Assembly (NCBI RefSeq): GCF_000025945.1
Contig: NC_006138.1
Location: 1,650,001-1,682,000 of the forward strand
Direction of reading: 5' to 3'
DNA: 32,000 bases
Source of the DNA: Desulfotalea psychrophila LSv54
Lineage (GTDB): Bacteria > Desulfobacterota > Desulfobulbia > Desulfobulbales > Desulfocapsaceae
Below the pieces are notes generated by a model. It saw only the letters and a program-made list of their open reading frames with translations. It was not told the origin of the DNA and did no database searches. The position numbers were made by a program, and so were the translations under genes. This document shows positions 19,225 to 27,891 of the stretch, piece after piece (the stretch's first letter is position 1; the number at the start of each line of letters is the position of its first letter).

Positions 19225-19259
19225 CCTACTTCGCAGGGGATACACTTCTGCGAAGTAGG
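19225..19259. terminator. Perfect 12-bp inverted repeat between convergent genes, probable bidirectional terminator
   Basis: CCTACTTCGCAG-(11 nt)-CTGCGAAGTAGG; weak T tract. Confidence 0.6.
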
Positions 19260-19269
19260 GTTGCTAATT

Positions 19270-19683
19270 TTACATTTTGTTGAGCACTGCGCCTAACAGT
19301 CTTGCGAGACTTGCCACCTCCTCTGAGGTGAGTTCTGCACAAATATCTTGGGTAAATGCTTGATGGAACCTATGATGTTCTTTAAACATTGCCTCTCCCC
19401 TTTCTGTTAAAACAATCAACCATGACCGGCGATCCTTTTCATGGGGTTTTCGTTGCACAAGCCCCTGCTTTTCAAGTTTATCTATGCCGACGGTTAGTGT
19501 TCCCGTGGTGATTCCCAATTTTTCTGCAAGTTCCTTCATTCGCATCTCTTGGTTATGACCGATTATTTCAATCGTATGCATCTGGGTGGGAGAGAGACCA
19601 CTTTCTTTGACTACGGAATGTTCCCAGGATGAAATTTTGTCATAAAATTCTACCAACTGATGTGAGAGTTGTTCTACACTCAT
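19270..19683 (-). CDS. MarR family transcriptional regulator
   Basis: LSPTQMHTIEIIGHNQEMRMKELAEKLGITTGTLTVGIDKLEKQGLVQRKPHEKDRRSWLIVLTERG. ATG at 19683 overlaps the stop of the upstream gene by 4 nt. Confidence 0.88.
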   Translation of the reverse strand: MSVEQLSHQLVEFYDKISSWEHSVVKESGLSPTQMHTIEIIGHNQEMRMKELAEKLGITTGTLTVGIDKLEKQGLVQRKPHEKDRRSWLIVLTERGEAMFKEHHRFHQAFTQDICAELTSEEVASLARLLGAVLNKM

Positions 19684-20432
19684 ACTGCCCCCCTGTATGT
19701 AGAGGAAATAATTGCCCCATAGAGTCCATATCCAGCAAAAACAATAATTACCAATCCTGACAGCTTCATAATAAAGGGCTCTATCCACTCCTTTTGCAGT
19801 GAATGGGCCATATGTGTTGCCTTGAATATGAGGAAAATAACCAGGCCGACGGCAACTGCTGTTGAAACTGCATAGGTGGCAAAGACAAGGGTTGCCGAGA
19901 GCAAGCTCCCGGAATTTAGGGCATAACCATACATGACCGCCACGGTGGGACATGGAATGATCATATTGATAAAGCCAATGCTAAAAAGGGCATATGGAAG
20001 TATTTTTTTGTTTTTTGTGAATTTCTTAAGCCGGGCCATGATGCCTGGCCGATGATCATGGCAGTCGTGATCATGATGGCAGTCATGATTGTGGTCGTGC
20101 TCGTGATCATGGTTGTGGAGTATATGGGGTTTATAGAGCAGGAGGGCGCCGATGAGCAAAAGGGCTAGCGAGGTGATAACTTCAACCCAGATGCCAACTG
20201 AAGCGGGCAGGGATTGAGATACAGCCCCCAGGCTTGCGCCGAGGGCAATACAGGCAAGCGCCGTTCCAAAGAGGAAGGCGAAGCTTAGCAGGGCGACACG
20301 TTTACCGTTTTTTTCTCCCGTAGTAAATGGGGCGAGAACGAGCCATGAATGTCCACAGGGGTTTATCCCGTGAAGCAGGCCGAGTATAAAGCTCGACTGT
20401 AGTGCTGCAAGCAATAGGGTGTTGAGTTCCAT
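19680..20432 (-). CDS. NicO/RcnA/TauE-like metal exporter with His-rich cytoplasmic loop
   Basis: LGLLHGINPCGHSWLVLAPF, HNHDHEHDHNHDCHHDHDCHDH loop, FINMIIPCPTVAVMYGYAL. Confidence 0.75.
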   Translation of the reverse strand: MELNTLLLAALQSSFILGLLHGINPCGHSWLVLAPFTTGEKNGKRVALLSFAFLFGTALACIALGASLGAVSQSLPASVGIWVEVITSLALLLIGALLLYKPHILHNHDHEHDHNHDCHHDHDCHDHRPGIMARLKKFTKNKKILPYALFSIGFINMIIPCPTVAVMYGYALNSGSLLSATLVFATYAVSTAVAVGLVIFLIFKATHMAHSLQKEWIEPFIMKLSGLVIIVFAGYGLYGAIISSTYRGAV

Positions 20433-20698
20433 CTTATTTCCTAAACTGAGGGCTTGAGTGCCATAAAAACTATTTTCTAAAAAGTATCAGGAGATATTAT
20501 TACATTTAGTTTGAAAGTCAAGATGTTTGTTCTTCAAGCTATGTGGGCTCAGTTCATGCTGCAAAGGGTAACAGTACCCTTCTGTTTTTTACAAATATTT
20601 CTAATGCTAATATTGATTTTTTTGCTATCCTCTAGTTATCTGTTTTGCATCTCTCTACCGAGGAGAGGTGAAGTTCATCCTATGAAAAGTTAAAAAAT

Positions 20699-21886
20699 AT
20701 GACACGACAACAGAAGAAAGCGCTTTTTATCCTCTGGTTTGGCTATGCCAATTTTTATCTGTTGCGACTCAACTATGGTATAGCTATGCCGGGAATCATG
20801 GCCGAATATGGCTATAGCAGAGGAGAACTTGGCCTGGGGGCAAGTTTCTTTTTTATGCTCTATGCCCTTGGCCTGGTGGTAAGTGGGGTGCTCAGTGACA
20901 GACTAGGACCGAAAAGGATTTTGGTCTTTGGCCTGCTCTGCTCCATTCTTGTTAATCTGGCCTTTCCGTCTATTGCTGGTAGCCTCTTCGGCATTGTTTT
21001 TCTTTGGTCTATAAATGGTTTTTTTCAGGCAATGGGCTGGGCGCCTACGGTGAAGATGACTTCACCGTGGTTTGAGGAGGGGCAGAAGGGTCGGGCCTCG
21101 GCGATTCTTGGTACCTCATATATTATCGGCAGTGCTCTGAGTTGGCTTCTTGCCGGTTATCTGGCCCAAAACTACTCCTGGCGTCTTGTCTTCTATGGCC
21201 CAACCCTCATCGCCGCAGTCATCTTAGCTCTCTACCTGATCTATATAGAGCAATATCCACAGGCCACTACCCCTGCCAGACAGTCTATCTTGAAGACCTT
21301 GGGCGCTGTTTTGGCTGAGAGGGAAATTTGGTATGTGGGTTTTACCCTTTTAGGGCTTAATATCGTGATCTATGGATTTATGACCTGGGCACCCATATAC
21401 TATTTTGAGCAGGGTGGAGATATTCAGGAGGCGACCCATAAGGCCCTCCTTTTTCCCATAGCCGGAGCCCTGGGTAGCCTTTTTATAGGCTGGCTTTGTG
21501 ATAAGTTCTTTGCCAAGAGGCGACTCTTTGTCGGCGTCATGGCCATGGTTGTTCTTCTCTTCTCTGTCCTTCTTTTTCCCTATAGCACCGATCCTCTTGT
21601 CTCGCTGACCTGTCTTGTTTTCGTCGGGGCCACAGCCTATGGTACAGAGGTTCTTCTGGTTTCTCAGTTTCCCATGATATTTGGCAAGCAAAAGAATATG
21701 GCAACCATTGTTGGCGTTATTGATAGTATAGGTTATCTGGGAGCAGCCATAACCAGTGTGACAAGCGGCTTTTTGACTGATATTTGGGGCTGGTCAGCGG
21801 CCTTCTATTTCTGGATAGGAGGTGGCTTGTTCGCTATGATCTTCCTCCTTATCTGTCAGCGACAGCTGGGGCATACCCTTCGGTAA
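20699..21886 (+). CDS. MFS transporter, OPA-like (organophosphate:Pi antiporter-type) family
   Basis: LWFGYANFYLLRLNYGIAMPGIM, LGLGASFFFMLYALGLVVSGVLSDRLGPKRIL, GFFQAMGWAPTVKMTSPWFEEGQKGRASAILGTSYIIGSALSWLLAG. Confidence 0.85.
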   Translation: MTRQQKKALFILWFGYANFYLLRLNYGIAMPGIMAEYGYSRGELGLGASFFFMLYALGLVVSGVLSDRLGPKRILVFGLLCSILVNLAFPSIAGSLFGIVFLWSINGFFQAMGWAPTVKMTSPWFEEGQKGRASAILGTSYIIGSALSWLLAGYLAQNYSWRLVFYGPTLIAAVILALYLIYIEQYPQATTPARQSILKTLGAVLAEREIWYVGFTLLGLNIVIYGFMTWAPIYYFEQGGDIQEATHKALLFPIAGALGSLFIGWLCDKFFAKRRLFVGVMAMVVLLFSVLLFPYSTDPLVSLTCLVFVGATAYGTEVLLVSQFPMIFGKQKNMATIVGVIDSIGYLGAAITSVTSGFLTDIWGWSAAFYFWIGGGLFAMIFLLICQRQLGHTLR

Positions 21887-21990
21887 ATTTTCTTTAAGGC
21901 ACCTTGGACAAAACGTTCTGAAAGGTTTTTTTGCGAAAATAGAGTTGCGTCTTTTCATTTTTCTAGTGTATATTTAGATGAGTTGTGTCG

Positions 21991-22002
21991 AATGTCGACA
22001 TT
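21991..22002. promoter_or_regulatory. Palindromic operator candidate upstream of the GntR gene
   Basis: AATGTCGACATT perfect 12-bp palindrome, identical to the palindromes upstream of both ridA copies. Confidence 0.6.
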
Positions 22003-22053
22003 TTTTATCAAAAGCGCATAATGCATAAAATAGAATAGGGTTTCATAAACAAT

Positions 22054-22746
22054 ATGGCAGGTATAGTAAAAATTACTTATAGTGGCCAGGTAGTTAAATA
22101 TATTAAAGATATGGTCCTTAAGGGGGAGCTTGCCCCTGGCGATCAGGTTAAAGAAGCAGAAATATCAAAAAAATTAGATATTAGCCGTGCCCCTGTTCGA
22201 GAGGCAATGCAAATACTTATAAACGAAGGTCTGGTTTCTTCTAAGCCTCAAAAGAGAAAATATATAACCGCATTAACCTCGAAAGAAATTATTGATAGTT
22301 ATTTTACGGGCGGTGTTCTTGAGGCAGCAGCGGTTGCCAAGTCCCTGGACGCCTATTTAGCAAAAGATATTGTAAGGCTCGAAAAAATTGTAGAAAAAAT
22401 GCATGATCTCGCTGACTCGGACAGTCGTAGCGAACAGCTTGCCACCCTCGACAATCATTTTCACGACGTGCTGTTTTCCCGTGTTGATAATCAACTATTG
22501 ATTGAGCTTTGTCGGCGATCCTGTCAGGAGATTTCAAAATTTTTGCTATTTCGTTATTGGCGTAATCTGTTTTCAGTGGCAGAGGTCTATTCCCGTCATA
22601 AGGCAATTGTTGATGCTATAAAAAATGGTGACCTCGTGGAATTAGAGAAAGTCATTAGAAAGCATTATAATGATTCAGGACTGAGAATGTCACGCTATGG
22701 TATAGATAAAATTGATTTAACAAATAAAGGAATAAATCAAGACTGA
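22054..22746 (+). CDS. GntR family regulator, FCD subfamily
   Basis: GQVVKYIKDMVLKGELAPGDQVKEAEISKKLDISRAPVREAMQILINEGLVSSKPQKRKYIT; helical C-terminal ligand-binding domain with DNHFHDVL and SRHKAIVDAI. Confidence 0.9.
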   Translation: MAGIVKITYSGQVVKYIKDMVLKGELAPGDQVKEAEISKKLDISRAPVREAMQILINEGLVSSKPQKRKYITALTSKEIIDSYFTGGVLEAAAVAKSLDAYLAKDIVRLEKIVEKMHDLADSDSRSEQLATLDNHFHDVLFSRVDNQLLIELCRRSCQEISKFLLFRYWRNLFSVAEVYSRHKAIVDAIKNGDLVELEKVIRKHYNDSGLRMSRYGIDKIDLTNKGINQD

Positions 22747-22767
22747 TTTAACAGCCGAGGGGGGGGC

Positions 22768-22857
22768 GAGCACACTGTTGGCGTCCCCTAAGCAAAGAAT
22801 ATCTTCGACCTGTAATCATCATTCCAAGTAGCCTCTTAAGTTTATTCCTTTGGCTGG
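22768..22857 (+). repeat. 90-bp imperfect direct repeat, copy A
   Basis: gagcacactgttggcgtcccctaagcaaagaa...ctttggctgg; ungapped match to 23910-23999 with about 14 mismatches by eye. Confidence 0.75.
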
Positions 22858-22878
22858 AGCTGGGTGAGTAGAATAAGT

Positions 22879-23909
22879 GGGCGTTGTTGAACAAATCCAA
22901 ACGGCAAGTTTTCAATGCCCCATCGCTGTACTGTTCTAACGACAAACAGCTCCTCTAACGGACATTCCCAAAGCAGTTATCTTGCTTAATGCTTTGACGC
23001 AAGCCGACTTACCACTTGCGCATTGTAATCGCGAAGGCTCAATTTGCCACTGATCAACTGTTTGTAGCGATACATCGCTGTTTCAGCAAGAGACCTTTGA
23101 TGATACCCCTGTGCTTGCTTTCCACTCTTTCAACTCACCTTTTCGCAATGCTCCTATAGCCTCATTTCTTGGATGGCCTTCCTTCCACATAGCAGCATTT
23201 TTCCGTGGTGGATGAGCAGACACCTTTGATTCCAATAATTTCATAGCACTCTTTCGTATCGTATGCACCATTGTCTGATATCTGCTTTATGCGTCGTCGA
23301 AGAGGATTCAGTAGATGCCCTAAAACTTTGGAGTCATGAACGCGCTCTAGCGAGATTTCACCACTTAGGCGATCAGTCTCGGCATCGATTACAAGGTGAA
23401 TCTTACGCTAGGTTTTACGTTTGGAAGCCCCATGTTTTCTGACGCTCCACTCTCCTTCTCCATAGACTTTAAGCCCCGTCGAATCGATATGCTTAATCGG
23501 CCCACGACTTGGCAGCCTATAATTCACCTTAACAGTTTGGGCACGTCTGCTAACAGGTGTATCAGGTGCCTGGAGGTCGATATCTATCAGTTCAAAAAGT
23601 GAATTCAGAAAACCTTCAGTACCTCTGAGAGATAGGCCGTAAATGGTTCCACATTAAACAGGTGGTTATTGCATCATCAGTGTACTTGCGGCTACGGCCA
23701 CGCTGTCCCGATGGTGTCGTGCTGTACCAACTTTCAATTGCTTTCTTGTCCACCCAAAATGTCAACGCCATTGCTTCAGTGTCCTGTTATATTCCGGCCA
23801 ATTTTTGATCTTTCCCCTGCTCTCTCATTGCTCCTCCAATGTTTTCTGTATGTTACAAGAAAACATTGGAGGAGCAATGCTAGCAATTTCTATTTGTGCA
23901 ACAAGGCCC
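22879..23909 (-). mobile_element. IS5-family insertion sequence remnant with frameshifts and stops (copy A)
   Basis: Terminal inverted repeats GGGCGTTGTTGAACAAATCCAAA (22879-22901) and complement of tttctatttgtgcaacaaggccc (23887-23909). Minus strand encodes in broken frames FWVD..AIESWYSTTPSGQRGRSRKYTDDAI, GPIKHIDSTGLKVYGEGEWSVRKHGASKRKT*RKIHL, RPSKK, LAETAMYRYKQLISGKLSLRDYNAQ. Confidence 0.85.
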
Positions 23910-23999
23910 GAGCATACTGTTGGCGTCCCCTAATCAAAGAACACCTTCGCTTTGTAATCATCATTCCAATCAGTCTTTTAAGCTTGTTTCTTTGGCTGG
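23910..23999 (+). repeat. 90-bp imperfect direct repeat, copy B, abutting the IS right end
   Basis: gagcatactgttggcgtcccctaatcaaagaa...ctttggctgg. Confidence 0.75.
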
Positions 24000-24073
24000 C
24001 TGCCCCACAAAGATGTTGCCTCAGAGCTCATGAGAAACGTCTAAAAAAGACCAATTTCCCACAATTTAATATC

Positions 24074-24124
24074 TTGACAAACAAAAAAGGATACGTTAAT
24101 CCTGTATAGCAAATGTCGACATTT
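24074..24124 (+). promoter_or_regulatory. Promoter (-35 TTGACA at 24074, weak -10) and palindromic operator for ridA copy 1
   Basis: TTGACA at 24074-24079; AAATGTCGACATTT palindrome at 24111-24124. Confidence 0.6.
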
Positions 24125-24178
24125 GACATTTGGCACAGGTTGTTTAAACGTCTTTCATCAAACTTTGGAGTTATGTAA

Positions 24179-24574
24179 GTGGCAACTATGATTGAAAAAA
24201 AGATTATTGAGACAGAGGCTGCCCCAGCAGCAGTAGCAGCGTATTCACAGGCTGTGCAAGCGGGGAATTTATTATTTACCTCAGGGCAGTTACCCCTTGA
24301 TCCTTCATCGGGAAAAATAGTTACGGGGGATATTGTTGCCCAGGCCCATCAGGCGATAAAAAACCTTATTGCCATCGTTGAGGCTGCGGGAAGTAGCATC
24401 GACGATGTCATAAAAGTAACTGTTTATCTTGCAGACGTTAAAGATTCTGCAGCAGTTAACGAAGTCTATAACCAATATTTTTTTCAGCCCTATCCAGCTC
24501 GTAGTGCCTTTCAAGTAGCGGCACTCCCTCTGGCTGCAGGTTTAGAGATTGAAGCAATAGCAATTGTTAAATAA
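24179..24574 (+). CDS. ridA: RidA/YjgF family enamine/imine deaminase, copy 1
   Basis: AAVAAYSQAVQAGNLLFTSGQLPLDPSSGKIV...ARSAFQVAALPLAAGLEIEAIAIV; GTG start 24179 or ATG 24188. Confidence 0.9.
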   Translation: MATMIEKKIIETEAAPAAVAAYSQAVQAGNLLFTSGQLPLDPSSGKIVTGDIVAQAHQAIKNLIAIVEAAGSSIDDVIKVTVYLADVKDSAAVNEVYNQYFFQPYPARSAFQVAALPLAAGLEIEAIAIVK

Positions 24575-24599
24575 ATTTTTCATAAAGGATAAAAAAGTC

Positions 24600-25598
24600 A
24601 TGAATCTCACCCAATTCCCAAGAAGAAATTATCTCCAAGGACCTACTCCTATTGAAGCAGCCCCAAGGTTTTCTAAGGCCCTGGGTGGTAAGGTAAATGT
24701 TTTCATCAAGCGTGATGACCTGTTGCCCGGTTGTGCCGGTGGTAATAAGACCAGAAAATTGGATTTTTGTATTGCTGATGCGATAGAGAAGGGCGCTGAT
24801 ACGATTATTACCTGTGGTCCTGTTCAGTCTAATCACTGTCGTTTGACCCTTTCTTGGGCAGTTAAGGAAGAGATGGATTGTCATCTTATACTTGAAGAGC
24901 GTGTTCCGGGAAGCTATAAAGAAGATGGTTCCGGTAACAACTTCCTTTTCAATCTGATGGGCGTAAAGAGCACTCAGGTTGTTCCTGGTGGTTCCGATAT
25001 GATGGGTGAGATGGAGAAGCTTGCCAAGGAGCTTGAGGCTCAGGGCAAAAAACCTTATATCATTCCAGGCGGTGCCTCTAACGTTCTTGGCGCGACCGGT
25101 TATGTTGCCTGTGCCCAGGAAATTCAACAACAGCTCTTTCAACAAAACATTAATATAACTGATATAGTAGTCCCGAGTGGTAGCGCCGGTACCCATGCAG
25201 GTGTCGCCGTCGGTATGTACGGAATTAATTCCGGTATTAGGGTAAGCGGTATCAATGTAAGTAAGCCTAAGGATGTCCAGGAAGAGAATGTTTATAAGTT
25301 GGCATACGAAACTGCAAAAGCAGTAGGTGTGTGCGGAGAGCTTCCACGCGGTGAGATAACCTGTTTTGATGGCTATGTAGGTGCAGGTTATTCTCTGCCC
25401 ACCGATTCAATGGTTGAGGCAGTAAAGCTTCTTGCTCGAACTGAGGCAATCCTGCTTGATCCTGTTTATTCCGGCAAGGTTATGGCTGGTATGATCGACC
25501 TTATTCGAAACGATTATTTCGCTCCAGGAACAAATGTTTTATTTCTGCATACCGGTGGATCTCCCGCCCTCTATGCATATACCGATACGTTTAAATAG
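24600..25598 (+). CDS. PLP-dependent D-cysteine desulfhydrase / L-cysteate sulfo-lyase / ACC deaminase family enzyme, copy 1
   Basis: LQGPTPIEAAPRFSKALGGKVNVFIKRDDLLPGCAGGNKTRKLDF, QSNHCR, VPSGSAGTHAGVAVG, LLDPVYSGKVMAGM, FLHTGG; RBS aaggat before ATG 24600. Confidence 0.88.
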   Translation: MNLTQFPRRNYLQGPTPIEAAPRFSKALGGKVNVFIKRDDLLPGCAGGNKTRKLDFCIADAIEKGADTIITCGPVQSNHCRLTLSWAVKEEMDCHLILEERVPGSYKEDGSGNNFLFNLMGVKSTQVVPGGSDMMGEMEKLAKELEAQGKKPYIIPGGASNVLGATGYVACAQEIQQQLFQQNINITDIVVPSGSAGTHAGVAVGMYGINSGIRVSGINVSKPKDVQEENVYKLAYETAKAVGVCGELPRGEITCFDGYVGAGYSLPTDSMVEAVKLLARTEAILLDPVYSGKVMAGMIDLIRNDYFAPGTNVLFLHTGGSPALYAYTDTFK

Positions 25599-25608
25599 CT
25601 AAATTCAT

Positions 25609-25640
25609 GGCACCGTGACCCTTGTCTCGGTGCCTTTTTT
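25609..25640 (+). terminator. Rho-independent terminator between lyase copy 1 and the SLC1 transporter
   Basis: GGCACCG-tgacccttgtct-CGGTGCC + T6. Confidence 0.75.
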
Positions 25641-25707
25641 ATATAGTTTAGTTAAAAAGGTAATGACTTCTGTCAAACCTACAGCATAATTATGGAGGAA
25701 TTTTATA

Positions 25708-26976
25708 ATGAAACTGTATCACAAAATAATGATTGGCTTAGTTCTTGGTGTAATTGCCGGTCTGATTCTTGGAGAAAAAGCCGAATACTTAAAGCCTATC
25801 GGTGATATCTTCATTCGTTGCCTTCGTTTAATAGTTGTGCCCCTGATTCTTTCAACTCTTATTACAGGTGTTGTCAGCACTGGAAATATTAAAAATCTAG
25901 GAAAAACAGGAATTAGTACTCTGGTGTACTTCATGGTGACAACCACCTTGGCTGTTTGTATTGGATTACTTATTGCAAATATCTTTCAACCTGGAGCAGG
26001 ACTTTCCCTTGGTGAACTTAAAGTTTTTAAAGTTCCCGATACGCCCGGGCCTGCCCAGATGATCGTCGGCATGTTTCCACTAAACCCGATGGAGGCTCTT
26101 GCAAAAGGCAATGTCCTGCAGATCATAATTTTTGCATTACTCTTTGGAGCCGGACTCTCCATGGCCGGCGACAAAGGTAAACCCATTGCTGATTTTTTCC
26201 AAAGTCTTGCGGAAGTAATGTTCAAAGTTTCTGATCTCGTTATTAGCTTTGCTCCATATGGTGTCTTTGCTCTTATTGCATGGACAACCGGAAAATTCGG
26301 GCTGGATATATTGATGCCAATGGGGAAACTCATTATGTGTACTCTTCTTGCCGCTTTCGTACATATTATTGTATCTTATACCCTAATTGTGGCAACTGTC
26401 GCACGTATTTCTCCTTTAGCTTTCCTGAAAAAGACGATGGAGCCAGCGCTGGTAGGTTTGTCGACCTGTAGTGCCGCCGCCGCGTTCCCGTTTTCCATGC
26501 GTGCACAAAAACAGCTGGGTGTTTCACCAAAAGTCTCAGGGTTTACACTGCCCATGGCGCTTACCATAAATATGGACGGAACAGCCCTGTACCAGGCGGT
26601 TGCAGCTATGTTTATCGCTAATGCTTATGGAATTGATCTGTCATTGACCCAGCAGGGAACAATTGTGGCAACGGCAGTTTTAGCATCGGTTGGAACTGCG
26701 AGTATTCCAGGTGGGGGATTGATTATGCTGACCATGGTGCTCCAGTCGGTTGGTTTACCTCTTGAGGGGATTGCTATTGTTGCCGGAATTGATCGAATTT
26801 TGGATATGTTCCGCACAACAACTAATATCTTCGGTGATAACTCTGCCGGTGTCGTAGTTGCGTCTTTAGTAGGTGAGTTAGATCGTGAAATAGCAAACAC
26901 CCCTCTCGATGAATTGGAGCAAGGCAGTGGCGTTCACCTAGACAGTGACGGTCATATTGTTGACGAATTGGGATAA
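25708..26976 (+). CDS. SLC1/DAACS family dicarboxylate/amino acid:cation symporter
   Basis: GLVLGVIAGLILG, VPLILSTLITGVVSTG, STCSAAAAFPFSM, TLPMALTINMDGTALYQAVAAMFIANAYG, AGIDRILDMFRTTTNIFGDNSAGVVVA. Confidence 0.93.
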   Translation: MKLYHKIMIGLVLGVIAGLILGEKAEYLKPIGDIFIRCLRLIVVPLILSTLITGVVSTGNIKNLGKTGISTLVYFMVTTTLAVCIGLLIANIFQPGAGLSLGELKVFKVPDTPGPAQMIVGMFPLNPMEALAKGNVLQIIIFALLFGAGLSMAGDKGKPIADFFQSLAEVMFKVSDLVISFAPYGVFALIAWTTGKFGLDILMPMGKLIMCTLLAAFVHIIVSYTLIVATVARISPLAFLKKTMEPALVGLSTCSAAAAFPFSMRAQKQLGVSPKVSGFTLPMALTINMDGTALYQAVAAMFIANAYGIDLSLTQQGTIVATAVLASVGTASIPGGGLIMLTMVLQSVGLPLEGIAIVAGIDRILDMFRTTTNIFGDNSAGVVVASLVGELDREIANTPLDELEQGSGVHLDSDGHIVDELG

Positions 26977-27037
26977 CTTTCCTACCTTACCATCATGAAC
27001 AGTTCAAGGTAGGACATTCTTCGTTTTGTATTCTGTA

Positions 27038-27064
27038 AGGCCTCCTAACTTAGGAGGCCTTTTG
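27038..27064 (+). terminator. Rho-independent terminator after the SLC1 transporter
   Basis: AGGCCTCCTAA-c-TTAGGAGGCCT followed by TTTT. Confidence 0.8.
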
Positions 27065-27734
27065 TTCGTAACGATATATTGCAGTTTCGGCGAGTGAATG
27101 CTGATGATACCCCGGTACTTTGCTTCCAATCCTCTAGCGCCCCTTTTCGAAGAGCTTTCACGGCGTTGTTGCGCGGATGTCCCTCTTTCCAAAATCCAGC
27201 ATTTTCTCGTGGGGGATGGGCCGACACCCTTGTTTGCAATAATCTCATAAGATTTTGTTCTGTTATAAACGACATATGCTTGAATTTGCTTTATTTTTTG
27301 TCGTAACGGATTGACCAAAGCCCCGAGCACTTCAGAATCATGAATCGTATCTAAAGATACTTCCGTGCTGATTATCTGATGCGTTTCAGTATTTACCGTC
27401 ACATGAAGTTTACGTCAAATCCTGTGTTTCTCTGCATCATGTTCTTCACTTGCCCTCGCAAAGACAGACTGAGCACGGATTTTAGCATTAGACTATCGCA
27501 ACAATTATCACTGTCATCTTTCGTTCTCTCCGCCCAGATTGCTCAGCCTTGTATCAACTTTTGGTGACACCCTCTTCTACTCAGAACGTTAACGCTGTTG
27601 CTTCAAAGCTCTGTTGTATTTAGGCTAATTTGTGGTCTTTTTTATGTTCTTCCCTATGCATCTTTCAGTGTTTTCTAAATGTTACAGAAAACACCATTGG
27701 TCAACCTGAGCAAGATATTTGTTTAACAACGCCC
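27062..27734 (-). mobile_element. Truncated IS5-family insertion sequence remnant (copy B)
   Basis: Right IR GGGCGTTGTTAAACAAATATCTT (revcomp of 27712-27734); minus-strand transposase pieces VNTETHQIISTEVSLDTIHDSEVLGALVNPLRQKIKQI, LQTRVSAHPPRENAGFWKEGHPRNNAVKALRKGALEDWKQST, YHQHSLAETAIYRYEQK. 3' end missing. Confidence 0.8.
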
Positions 27735-27793
27735 TGTTGCACTTATTGTACTAAGCCAGCTCTGAAAAGTGCCATTTTTCATATTTTAATATC

Positions 27794-27849
27794 TTGACAA
27801 ATAAAAAATAATACGGTAACTCTGTATGTCGAATGTCGACATTTGACAT
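27794..27849 (+). promoter_or_regulatory. Promoter (-35 TTGACA at 27794) and extended palindromic operator for ridA copy 2
   Basis: ATGTC-g-AATGTCGACATT-t-GACAT at 27826-27849, 24-nt near-perfect dyad. Confidence 0.6.
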
Positions 27850-27891
27850 AGGTTGTTTAAACGTCTTTCATCAAACTTTGGAGTTATGTAA

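Larger units (their letters stand above)
24065..25598 (+). repeat. Duplicated block copy 1 (promoter, operator, ridA, lyase)
   Basis: Nearly identical in order and sequence to 27785-29311. Confidence 0.95.

Noticed and set aside
23910-23999. Interpretation of the 90-bp repeats as IS target-site duplication
   Set aside because: Target duplications of IS5-family elements are only a few bp, and copy A is separated from the left IR by about 21 bp with sequence divergence, so another origin is required.
23669-24109. 146-aa plus-strand ORF in the IS5 region
   Set aside because: Antisense to the transposase N-terminal region and extends across the 90-bp repeat; not credible as a gene.
25986-26900. 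Minus-strand ORFs opposite the SLC1 symporter
   Set aside because: Shadow ORFs of a highly conserved transporter.
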